From Deltaproteobacteria bacterium (GTDB lineage Bacteria > Myxococcota_A > UBA9160 > SMWR01), in the NCBI GenBank assembly GCA_032128115.1, contig JAQBHB010000002.1, positions 5,385 to 69,384 on the forward strand: DNA of 64,000 nucleotides, given 5' to 3'. Positions 1-8,046 of the stretch are shown piece after piece. The notes below the pieces were generated by a model that was given only the letters and a program-made list of their open reading frames with translations, searched no databases and had not been told where the DNA came from. The stretch's first letter is position 1. Every line of letters starts with the position of its first letter. Position numbers and translations under genes: made by a program.

Positions 1-928
1 CGCCGTCGTACCCCGCATCGATCAGGGACCAGGCCTTCTTCTCCTCTTCCGCCTTGCACCGGATGAAGTCCATCACGTCCGGGTGATCCACGTTCAGGAT
101 CACCATCTTCGCGGCCCGGCGGGTCTTGCCCCCCGACTTCACGACGCCGGCGAACGAGTCGAATCCCCGCATGAAGGAGACCGGCCCCGAAGCCGTGCCG
201 CCCCCGGCCAGATGCTCGCGCGAGGAGCGGATCTTCGAGAGGTTCGAGCCGGTCCCGGACCCACCCTTGAAGAGCATGGCCTCGATCTTGGCCAGGTCCA
301 TGATGGATTCCATGGTGTCGTCGACCGAGTTGATGAAGCACGCACTCGCCTGTTGCGGCGTATTCGCGACACCCAGGTTGAACCAGACGGGGCTGTTGAA
401 TGCCATCCGCTGGGTCACCAGGATGTGCGTGAGTTCGTCGGCGTAGGTCTTCGCATCCTCCGGAGTGGCGAAATAGCCGGACTTCTCGCCCCACTCACGG
501 ATGCGGCGCACCACGCGGCCGATCAACTGCTTGACGCTGGTCTCGCGTTCGGGCGTGTCGATGTGGCCGCGAAAGTACTTGGAGGCCACGACGTTGGTGG
601 CGAGCTGGGACCAGCTGGCCGGAACCTCGACGTCGTGCTGCTCGAAAACGGTCTCGCCCTTCTCGTTGGTGATCTTGGCGCCGCGCCGCATCCACTCGAC
701 GGCATCGAACGGATCGTCACCTGCGCGCGTGAAATATCGGGGAATGGACAGCCCACGGGACCTGCGGCCGCGGCGTTTCCGGCCGCCAACCGTTCGCAGA
801 TGGTTCGCGTCCGTGCGCTCGTTTCCGGCGTGTATACCCGACCCCGGGATTCCCCCCGTGGAGATTCCACCCGACGCCCCGTTCTCTTCCACGCCCTCTT
901 CCACGCCCATTCGCTCTTCCACGCCCAT
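1..928 (-). CDS. nrdJ: Class II (adenosylcobalamin-dependent) ribonucleotide reductase, N-terminal part; 3' end lies beyond the left edge
   Basis: The minus-strand frame is open to position 1 and is absent from the ORF track because it is truncated. My translation reads ...GLSIPRYFTRAGDDPFDAVEWMRRGAKITNEKGETVFEQHDVEVPASWSQLATNVVASKYFRGH...QASACFINSVDDTMESIMDLAKIEAMLFKGGSGTGSNLSKIRSS...GPVSFMRGFDSFAGVVKSGGKTRRAAKMVILNVDHPDV. This is the NrdJ catalytic-core pattern. The start is ATG at 928 or 910 (in-frame 18-bp duplication). Confidence 0.9.
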   Translation of the reverse strand, partial: MGVEERMGVEEGVEENGASGGISTGGIPGSGIHAGNERTDANHLRTVGGRKRRGRRSRGLSIPRYFTRAGDDPFDAVEWMRRGAKITNEKGETVFEQHDVEVPASWSQLATNVVASKYFRGHIDTPERETSVKQLIGRVVRRIREWGEKSGYFATPEDAKTYADELTHILVTQRMAFNSPVWFNLGVANTPQQASACFINSVDDTMESIMDLAKIEAMLFKGGSGTGSNLSKIRSSREHLAGGGTASGPVSFMRGFDSFAGVVKSGGKTRRAAKMVILNVDHPDVMDFIRCKAEEEKKAWSLIDAGYDG

Positions 929-1505
929 TCGTTCCTGCCCCCCCCCCAGACGCGCAGGAGCTCTGGCGGGCTCCCGGCTGTTTCGGTCCCGGCTTTCGAT
1001 GCCCCTGATCGTTGGCCATCGACCGTCGTACCCGCTCTGCTCCACGCGGCTTCGCACGCCGCGAGTGGCCCTCGACCACAAACTCCCTCCCAGCGCGAGC
1101 GATGCTCGCACCACAAGCCGGCCCGAAGACGGAGTCGGGATGCGCGGGAACGGCAGATCAAAGGCAGTCGCACGTCATGGAACACCACCGGAGATGAGAG
1201 AGGCCCCGGTACCCGGGGCCCCCGAGCCAGATTTGGGTCCTCCGTCCCTCCTCCAGCTCGCTTCCGCCTGACGACCGCCTGTTTGATCGAACCCCCCCAG
1301 GCCGCCAGAAGGACATGTCTCATCCCCGTCGGACGGTGTACTCCCGGCAAAAAATGGAGTCAATAGGAAATCCACAAAATCTGGGGGATGTCCGGAGCAG
1401 CCACTACAACCCCTTGACCTTCATCGCGTTTTTCGGCGGGCTCGATGAGGGGCACGGGACGGGATCGGGGGGGTTCGGCGCCCTGTGCGCAACTCGCCGC
1501 CAAAG

Positions 1506-1550
1506 CCCCATGGGGGGGCTGGATTTTCCCCCATGGGGGGCTGGATTTTC
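1506..1550. repeat. Tandem duplication (23 + 22 bp), each copy containing the perfect palindrome CCCCATGGGG
   Basis: Read directly: ccccatggggggggctggatttt / cccccatggggggctggatttt. The palindromes lie at 1506-1515 and 1530-1539. Confidence 0.9.
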
Positions 1551-1571
1551 GGTCGGGGATCGAGAAACAGA

Positions 1572-1606
1572 GAAGCCCGGGGAGGAGGAGAATCTCCCCG
1601 GGCTTC
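1572..1606 (-). terminator. Stem-loop, candidate intrinsic terminator for the npdG-like gene
   Basis: Perfect 13-bp inverted repeat gaagcccggggag / ctccccgggcttc with a 9-nt loop. On the minus strand it is followed by tctgtttctcg (U-rich). It lies about 130 nt downstream of the stop at 1740. Confidence 0.5.
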
Positions 1607-1739
1607 GAAGGGCTTCCCTTCCCAGGGGCAAGCCGTTGCGCCTACGGGCTGAGAACCGGCGTCGACGCAATCGAGGATTATAACCCCAGCGACGCGCCCA
1701 ACAAACACATTCTTGTTTCATCAATCATTGGAGCGGGCG

Positions 1740-2420
1740 TCAGGCGCCTGGGAGCCCCACGAAACGCAGCCCCAGGCCCTCGGGGACCTTGTACCGGACG
1801 TTGAGGCCGATCAGCAGGGCCGTCATGGCCTCGACGATGCGGGCATTGCAAAGGGGCCCGCCGTTGATGGCCCGCAGGCCTGGAACCAGCTCGCAAAGGG
1901 CCATCACCTGTTCGCGCGGCTGCGGCGCGCCCGAAATCACCACGTCGCACTCCACGGGGTCTTCGAGCGCCTGAAGCCGGTGGGCGGAGACGTTCTGGAA
2001 GGCCGAGACCACGTGGACCCCCGGCGGAACCAGCCCCGCCACCATCTCGGCGCAGGAGCCCTGCCAGACGCCCAGGGTGCGCACTGCGCCGTCTCCGATG
2101 GCGGTGGCCAGGGGCACGCCCATGGAGACCACGACCTGGCCCGCCGAAAGCGACCCGCCGATCGCCTTGACCGTACCGGCGGTGTGCTCGAAGGGCACCG
2201 ACAGGATCACGATGGGGGCATCCCGCGTGGCTTGCGCATTCTCGAAGCCCGTGACCTGGGCGTCTGGCACGCTGGCGCGGACCTTCTGGGCGGCCTCGCT
2301 GGCGCGCTCGGCCTTGCGGGAGCCAATCACCACCGGCCGCCCGGCCCGGGCGAAGCGCAGCGCCAGGCCCAGACCCTGGTCTCCGGTGCCGCCCAGGATT
2401 GCGATCGAGTTCTCATTCAT
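1740..2420 (-). CDS. NADPH-dependent F420 reductase / NADP oxidoreductase coenzyme F420-dependent family
   Basis: Inner ATG of ORF 1740..2633. MNENSIAILGGTGDQGLGLALRFARAGRPVVIGSR is a Rossmann N-terminus. The length (227 aa) and C-terminal region are typical of the NpdG/FNO family. Confidence 0.75.
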   Translation of the reverse strand: MNENSIAILGGTGDQGLGLALRFARAGRPVVIGSRKAERASEAAQKVRASVPDAQVTGFENAQATRDAPIVILSVPFEHTAGTVKAIGGSLSAGQVVVSMGVPLATAIGDGAVRTLGVWQGSCAEMVAGLVPPGVHVVSAFQNVSAHRLQALEDPVECDVVISGAPQPREQVMALCELVPGLRAINGGPLCNARIVEAMTALLIGLNVRYKVPEGLGLRFVGLPGA

Positions 2421-2562
2421 GGGGGAACTCCTGAAGAACGCGCAGACTAGTTGATCGGGCTGCGTTCGCCTACGGCTCGCACCGCGAGGCGCCACCCGTG
2501 GAAAGGGGGACGGGGTATGGGGTGCCGCCACCCGGCGAACGGGGACGGGGTATGGTGGCGCC

Positions 2563-2874
2563 GTGTCTGCTGAGGATGCGTTGTTCACCCCCACTGCCAT
2601 CCGGCAGCAGGGGCCGCGCGAGCTGGGAATCACCTGGGCCGATGGGCTCGAGAGCCGCTACGACGTGAGAGCCCTGCGTCTGGCCTGTGCCTGCGCCTCG
2701 TGCGTGGACGAGTGGACCGGCCAGGGGCGCCTGGACTCGGACTCGGTACCCGCGGACGTGCATCCCCTCAAGATCGAGCCGGTGGGGCGCTACGCCATCC
2801 AGATCGACTGGAGTGATGGCCACTCCACGGGCATCTATCCCTTCCGTCGCCTGCGCGAACTCGGAACGGCCTGA
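2563..2874 (+). CDS. DUF971 family protein (gamma-butyrobetaine hydroxylase-like N-terminal domain)
   Basis: 103 aa, GTG start. Contains ...LRLACACASCVDEWTG...IEPVGRYAIQIDWSDGHSTGIYPFRRLRE, characteristic of DUF971. Confidence 0.75.
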   Translation: MSAEDALFTPTAIRQQGPRELGITWADGLESRYDVRALRLACACASCVDEWTGQGRLDSDSVPADVHPLKIEPVGRYAIQIDWSDGHSTGIYPFRRLRELGTA

Positions 2875-2875
2875 A

Positions 2876-3685
2876 CTATCCGGCGTTCGCCTCGAGAAAC
2901 TCCAGTAGCGCGGCGTTGAACTCCCGCGGTCGCACCAGGTTCACCACGTGGCCCGCTCCCGCCACCACCACCAGGCGCGAGTTGGGCAGCGCCGCGTCCA
3001 GGGCCCGGCTCGCGGCCAGCGAGGCCGTATCGCGTTCTCCGGCGATCAACAGAACCGGAATCTCGAACTCGCCGAGCTCGGCTGCCAGCCGTGCCGCCGG
3101 CGGCTGCAAGGCGATCAGCCCACGCAGGGTGTGCGCCAGGGCCTCTGGCGAGTGCTCGAGAAAGCCCTGGCGGATCAGCGGAGCGTCAGGGGATTCGGCG
3201 GCGCGCGGATCACCCCACACGAAGCGCGCACCGGCCGACTCGAGACCTTCGCGGTCCAGACTGTCGGCAAATTCACGCGCCACCCCCGCCAGCCCCCCGC
3301 CCGCATCGGGAAACGAGGCCAGCACCAGCCCACGCACCCGCGCCGGGTGTTCGCGCGCAAAGCGCAGGGCCACGGCGGCGCCCATGGAGAGCCCCCCCAC
3401 GATGCCACCCGCAGCACCCGCGCGATCGAGGACACGGCCCACGTCGGCCACGAAACACTCGGGCCGGTAGGCATCGGCCTGCCCCGGAGCGCCGCTGCGC
3501 GCGTGGCCCCGGGCGTCGAATACCGCCACCCGGTAGCGGTCGCGCAACGCGCGCAGCTGGGGACGGAAGTTGCGCGCGCTGCCACCGAATCCGTGGCCGA
3601 GCACGAGCACCGGGCCGTCGCCGTGCACCTCCACGTGCAGGGGCACGCGGCCGGGCCCGCCGGGTTCGGTCTCAGACGGGTTCAC
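2876..3685 (-). CDS. Alpha/beta hydrolase fold protein
   Basis: ORF 2876..3799. Contains HGFGGSARNF, the nucleophile elbow GLSMGA and a C-terminal GAGHVVNL. The start is placed at GTG 3685 (VNPSETEPGG...), because the ATG at 3799 would overlap the upstream gene by 127 nt. The start is uncertain. Confidence 0.75.
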   Translation of the reverse strand: MNPSETEPGGPGRVPLHVEVHGDGPVLVLGHGFGGSARNFRPQLRALRDRYRVAVFDARGHARSGAPGQADAYRPECFVADVGRVLDRAGAAGGIVGGLSMGAAVALRFAREHPARVRGLVLASFPDAGGGLAGVAREFADSLDREGLESAGARFVWGDPRAAESPDAPLIRQGFLEHSPEALAHTLRGLIALQPPAARLAAELGEFEIPVLLIAGERDTASLAASRALDAALPNSRLVVVAGAGHVVNLVRPREFNAALLEFLEANAG

Positions 3686-4565
3686 GAACCAGGTCGCGCA
3701 GCGGCCGCATGCCCAGGCGGCGGATCCCGCGCGATGCCAGGGCGCGGCGACCGGCGTCACCGCCGTAGAAGCTGCGTTCGAAGTCCCGTGCGTGCGCATC
3801 GCTGGCGATGGCCGACAACTCGTCTCCCGCCCGGGCCGGGTGACAGATCAGGTAGTTGATCCCCGGCCCCAGACGATCGAGCCGTGCCTCGTTGTGGGGT
3901 ATGCCCTGGCCCGGCGCAAAGCCCAGCGAATCGTCACAGAAGCCGTCGAGAATCGGAATCCCCTCGGCCTCGAGCGTGACGCAAAGCTTCTCGAACACCG
4001 CCTCGGCCCCGCCGAGCCCGCGCCGCGCAAGGGTCTCGCGGTCCGGGCGCACGGCGAAGACCGGCAGCCGGAACTCGCTCGCCAGCTTCGCGTACACCTC
4101 CACCAGGGAGGGCACCAGCACCGTGCCCATGTGGGAGTCCAGGTGGGTGACGTCGATCCCGGCCTCGAGAGCGCGCTCCACCTGGGCGCGCAGCTCGAGC
4201 TCCACCTCTTCGGGGCGCGCCCGGCCCACGGTGTCCATCAGGGTAGCTGGCAGACAGCCCTGGGAGTCCACCAGGGAGGGCACGGCGGAGGCGCCCACGA
4301 CGGGACCCCAGCGGTAGCCGGGCCACTCGGAGTTGAGGGTCAGGTGAACGCCCAGATCGAGATCGGAATCCGCTCGGGCGCGCTGCGCCGCCTCGCGAAA
4401 CCACGGGCACGGCACCATGATGCTCCCGCTGGTGGCGGGGCCGTTGGCGAGGGCCTCGAAGGCGCCATCGTTTGCCGCATGGCACATGCCGATGTCGTCG
4501 CAGTGCACCACAGCCACGCGTTCGTCGTCGCAGAAGCCGAGTCGTTTCCCCAGTGTCGGAGCCAT
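3672..4565 (-). CDS. YdjC/ChbG/HpnK family carbohydrate deacetylase
   Basis: Inner ATG of ORF 3672..5255. MAPTLGKRLGFCDDERVAVVHCDDIGMCHAANDGAFEAL...GVHLTLNSEW...THLDSHMG matches the YdjC-like motifs. Confidence 0.8.
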   Translation of the reverse strand: MAPTLGKRLGFCDDERVAVVHCDDIGMCHAANDGAFEALANGPATSGSIMVPCPWFREAAQRARADSDLDLGVHLTLNSEWPGYRWGPVVGASAVPSLVDSQGCLPATLMDTVGRARPEEVELELRAQVERALEAGIDVTHLDSHMGTVLVPSLVEVYAKLASEFRLPVFAVRPDRETLARRGLGGAEAVFEKLCVTLEAEGIPILDGFCDDSLGFAPGQGIPHNEARLDRLGPGINYLICHPARAGDELSAIASDAHARDFERSFYGGDAGRRALASRGIRRLGMRPLRDLVREPV

Positions 4566-4622
4566 GTTTCGAAAACCTCCCGTGCCCGGTGTGCGGCCGG
4601 ATTCTAACGCCTCGACGGAGGC

Positions 4623-5399
4623 GTGATACCCTGCGGCGCCGTGTCGATCATCGACTTCGAACGAGCGGCCCGTGCCGCCCACGCCGCCGCCGACGCCGCC
4701 CGGCGCGAGATCCTGCCGCGCTTCCGGGCGGTGTCTGTCGAGACCAAGAGCGATGGCTCGCCGGTGACCGAAGCCGACCGGGCGGCCGAGCGGGCCATTC
4801 GCGCGGCCCTGCGCGAGGCCTTTCCCGACTACGCCATCCACGGCGAGGAATACGGAGCCGAGGGCGGTAGCGATGGACCGTGCTGGCTGGTGGACCCCAT
4901 CGACGGAACCCTCGGCTTTGCGCGGGGCATTCCGCTCTTCACGACGCTGATCGCCCTGCTCGTCGATGGAGTGCCCCAGCTCGGGTTGATCGACTGCCCC
5001 AGCGTGGACGAACGCTTCGTGGGCTGGACCGGCGGCGGCTGCCGACGCAACGGGACGCCGGTTCGGGTGTCGACGGAAACCGATCTCTCGCGGGCGGTGA
5101 TCTCCCACGGCGACCCGTTCTGCTTCGACCTGTTCCAGCAGCGGCCGGCCTTCGAACGCATGGCCCGGGAGATCCCCCTGCTGCGCGGCTACTCCGACGC
5201 CTTCGGACACGCCCAGGTCCTGAGCGGCGGTGTCGGCGCCATGCTGGATCTCCACCTGAATCCCTGGGATGCCGCGCCCACCCAGGTGCTGGTACCCGAG
5301 GCGGGCGGCGCGTGTGTAACGCTTTCACACGGCGGCAAGCTGGGGCTCGTGTTCGGAAGCCCCGCCCTCGTCGAGCAGCTGCAGGAGTTCCTGGATTAG
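4623..5399 (+). CDS. Inositol monophosphatase family protein (IMPase / histidinol-phosphatase-like)
   Basis: Contains ...DGSPVTEADRAAE...IHGEE...WLVDPIDGT...WDAAP, the IMPase signature motifs. Confidence 0.85.
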   Translation: MIPCGAVSIIDFERAARAAHAAADAARREILPRFRAVSVETKSDGSPVTEADRAAERAIRAALREAFPDYAIHGEEYGAEGGSDGPCWLVDPIDGTLGFARGIPLFTTLIALLVDGVPQLGLIDCPSVDERFVGWTGGGCRRNGTPVRVSTETDLSRAVISHGDPFCFDLFQQRPAFERMAREIPLLRGYSDAFGHAQVLSGGVGAMLDLHLNPWDAAPTQVLVPEAGGACVTLSHGGKLGLVFGSPALVEQLQEFLD

Positions 5400-5830
5400 C
5401 GAGCCCTGAGAACCACCAGGGTGGCAGTGCGGTGGGCGCCGTGAAGGTGGCAATAGATGCGGTGGAGCACGCCCCCCTCGAGCGGCGGCAGCTCGATGCG
5501 CGCTTCCTGACCCGCCTCGAGCAGCACCTGGATCTCCGTCCCGTCGATGGCGAAGCCGTGGGGTGCCTCGGTGCCGTTGTAGACCGAGAGCACGTAGGGC
5601 TTGTCGGCGACCACCGCGACGGTGGACGGAATGAAGACATTTTTCCCGCCGACCAGGGCGCTCACGATCTGCACGGTGCTTGCGTCGCTTGTGTACCCGA
5701 CGAGCGGATCCGTGACGTCGATGTTGCTCGTGAGCGAGCAGCCACTGGCCAGCGCCAGCATTGACGCGGCGACGGCCCGGCGGACCGCGCGCGGCCGCAC
5801 CAGAAGAGGAATCTCCGGAATCACCATCAC
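5396..5830 (-). CDS. Cupredoxin-like lipoprotein
   Basis: Signal peptide with a lipobox-like LALASGC. The C-terminal HGF...YCHLHGAH pattern fits a cupredoxin-type copper site. 144 aa. Confidence 0.6.
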   Translation of the reverse strand: MMVIPEIPLLVRPRAVRRAVAASMLALASGCSLTSNIDVTDPLVGYTSDASTVQIVSALVGGKNVFIPSTVAVVADKPYVLSVYNGTEAPHGFAIDGTEIQVLLEAGQEARIELPPLEGGVLHRIYCHLHGAHRTATLVVLRAR

Positions 5831-5931
5831 GCTGCCTTCCTCCTCGTTTCGCAGAACTCCTGGCAGGAGCCACGCTATCCTATGGCGCCTGCTTTTTCAC
5901 GACCTCGACCCTCAATCCCGAGAGGCTCTTC

Positions 5932-7581
5932 ATGGCCCCCGCAACCCCCCTGGATGACGCCCGGCTGCTGCTCTCCGGAGCGGAACAACTCGTGGAACGC
6001 GCCCTGGCCCGCGCGCGAGAGATCACCCGCAACGGCCGCGACATCGACGATCACCAGATCCTGACCGAGCGGGTGACCTATGCGGCCACCGAGGCCCGGG
6101 CGGCCCGCGAGCTGGTGGACTTCACCGCGGCGCTTTGCGCCGACGGCCGCGGCAGCGAGACTCTCGTGCGCCTGTGCGGCGCCTCGGTGAGCGAACTGGC
6201 AGTGCGCCTGCGTGCGCGGCTGGAAGCGGCCATCGACGACCTGGGCCTGGGGGAAGCCGCACTCGAGCAGGCCTTTCCCGCCGAGGCCCGCGCGGCCATG
6301 CGTCGGGCCGGGCACGAGTCGGTGCTGCGCGGCCTGGGGCAGGAGGTGGCCCGCACCCGCGGCCGCATCGAGGTGCCCCTGGACGAAATGCTCGAGCAGG
6401 TGCGCGAGGCCGTGCGCGAATTTGCCGAGCGCGAGGTGGCGCCCCACGCCGAGCGCATCCACCGCAACGACGATCTGGTGCCCGAGGAGTTCATCCGGAA
6501 GATGTCCGAGCTGGGTTATTTCGGGCTCTCGGTTCCCGAGGAATATGGCGGCGCCGAGATGGGCAACCTGGCCATGATCCTCACCACCGAGGAACTCTCG
6601 CGGGCGTCGCTGGCGGCGGCGGGCTCGCTGATCACGCGCCCCGAAATCCTCACCAAGGCCCTGCTCCAGGGCGGCAGCGAGGAGCAGAAGCGCGCGTGGC
6701 TGCCCCGGATCGCGGCCGGCGAGGTGATGGTGGGCATCTCCGTGACCGAGCCGGACGTGGGCAGCGACGTGGCGTCGCTGAAGTGTCGAGCCGAACGCGG
6801 AAACGTGGACGGCGAGGAGGGCTGGATCGTCAACGGCCCCAAGTCCTGGTGCACCTTCGCCGGCCGCGCCGATGTGCTTGCGCTGCTGGCCCGCACCGAT
6901 CCGGACGCTTCGCTCGCGGCCAGGGGGTTGTCTCTGCTGATCGTGCCCAAGGATCGCTTCGACGGGCACGCCTTCGAGATGAAGCAGCCGGGCGGTGGCA
7001 AGCTGTCGGGCAAGGCCGACGCCACCCCGGGCTACCGGGGCATGCATTCGTTCACCCTGAACTTCGAGAACTATTTCGTGCCCGCCGAGAACCTGGTGGG
7101 GGGCGATGCCGGCCTGGGACGCGGCTTCTATCTCCAGATGGCGGGCTTCGCGGCCGGACGTCTCCAGACCGGCGGGCGCGCCTGCGGCCTGGCCCAGGCG
7201 GCCCTGGAGAAGACGGCAGAGTACGTGGTGGACCGGGTGCAGTTTGCGAAGCCCATCTCCGACTTCCAGCTCACCCAGTACACCCTGGGCCGGATGGCGG
7301 CACAGCTCGCCGCCGCTCGCGCTCTCACCTACGCCGCCGCAACGGCCATGGACGAGGACGAGCGGAAGGCCGCGCCCCTTGCGGCCCAGGCGAAGCTCCT
7401 GGCCTGCGACGTGGCGGTCGAGGTGAGCCAACAGGGACAGTTGCTGCACGGAGGCTGGGGCTACGCCGAGGAATATCCCATCAGCCGCTACGTGGTCGAT
7501 GCCCAGGTGCTGCCCATCTTCGAGGGCGTGAAGCCGATCCTGGAACTGAAGGTGATCGGTCGGGCGCTCCTGAACGAGTAG
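5932..7581 (+). CDS. Acyl-CoA dehydrogenase with an N-terminal helical extension
   Basis: Inner ATG of ORF 5761..7581. Contains ...YFGLSVPEEYGGAEMG...GISVTEPDVGSDVASLKCRAE...GPKSWCTF...LLHGGWGYAEEYPISRYVVDAQVLPIFEG. Confidence 0.85.
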   Translation: MAPATPLDDARLLLSGAEQLVERALARAREITRNGRDIDDHQILTERVTYAATEARAARELVDFTAALCADGRGSETLVRLCGASVSELAVRLRARLEAAIDDLGLGEAALEQAFPAEARAAMRRAGHESVLRGLGQEVARTRGRIEVPLDEMLEQVREAVREFAEREVAPHAERIHRNDDLVPEEFIRKMSELGYFGLSVPEEYGGAEMGNLAMILTTEELSRASLAAAGSLITRPEILTKALLQGGSEEQKRAWLPRIAAGEVMVGISVTEPDVGSDVASLKCRAERGNVDGEEGWIVNGPKSWCTFAGRADVLALLARTDPDASLAARGLSLLIVPKDRFDGHAFEMKQPGGGKLSGKADATPGYRGMHSFTLNFENYFVPAENLVGGDAGLGRGFYLQMAGFAAGRLQTGGRACGLAQAALEKTAEYVVDRVQFAKPISDFQLTQYTLGRMAAQLAAARALTYAAATAMDEDERKAAPLAAQAKLLACDVAVEVSQQGQLLHGGWGYAEEYPISRYVVDAQVLPIFEGVKPILELKVIGRALLNE

Positions 7582-7593
7582 GCGGAATCGGGC

Positions 7594-7977
7594 TCAGCCC
7601 GTCGACTGGGCGCCGCCGCACTGCGCACACTGGCTCTCCAGCTGACTGTTCCGGGAGTGGCACGCGGGGCAGGTCCAGCCGCGCTGCTCCTTCAGGGCGC
7701 GCCAGCTGTAGTAGATCGCGGCCACCGCCAGCACCCCGAAGCCGTAGCGGTTGAACTTGAGCCACTCCATGTCCTTGTTGAACCAGCCGTCGTAGCCGAA
7801 CCAGAGGGCGAAGGCGATCAGGAGTACGGGCAGGAAGAAGGGGTGGTCGAACGGGGTCGACTGCTGCTCATCATCCTCCCACTCTTCCTCTTCTTCTGCT
7901 TCTGCTTCTGCTTCGAGTTCTTTTTCGGGATCGGCCGGCCCCGGACCCGGCGGCGACTCGGTCTTCTCGTCGGCCAT
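7594..7977 (-). CDS. Small membrane protein: acidic N-terminus, two TM helices, C-terminal zinc-ribbon
   Basis: 127 aa. Contains EAEAEAEEEEEWEDDEQ, then FFLPVLLIAFALWFGY and FGVLAVAAIYYSW, then CPACHSRNSQLESQCAQCG. Confidence 0.6.
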   Translation of the reverse strand: MADEKTESPPGPGPADPEKELEAEAEAEEEEEWEDDEQQSTPFDHPFFLPVLLIAFALWFGYDGWFNKDMEWLKFNRYGFGVLAVAAIYYSWRALKEQRGWTCPACHSRNSQLESQCAQCGGAQSTG

Positions 7978-8046
7978 GCGGTGACCATAGCCCTGCCACC
8001 CGGCCGCGGGCCACCTGCCGACCCGTCCTGGCGCCGGGCGCGCGGC

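Noticed and set aside
1361-1425. ggaaatccac...cggagcagccactac is reminiscent of the cobalamin riboswitch GGTGAAAATCC...CCGCCACTG core.
   Set aside because: It is on the plus strand, where no gene follows. The match is partial. A B12 off-switch in front of a B12-dependent reductase makes little regulatory sense. A minus-strand candidate around 1050-1100 was even weaker.
1514-1740. ggggggctggattttcggtcggggatcg resembles the 5' end of tmRNA (GGGGCUGAUUCUGGAUUCGACGGGAU).
   Set aside because: No tag-peptide reading frame ending in ..ALAA and no T-arm/ACCA 3' end follow. A ~350-nt tmRNA would run into the npdG-like coding region. The motif is part of a simple tandem duplication.
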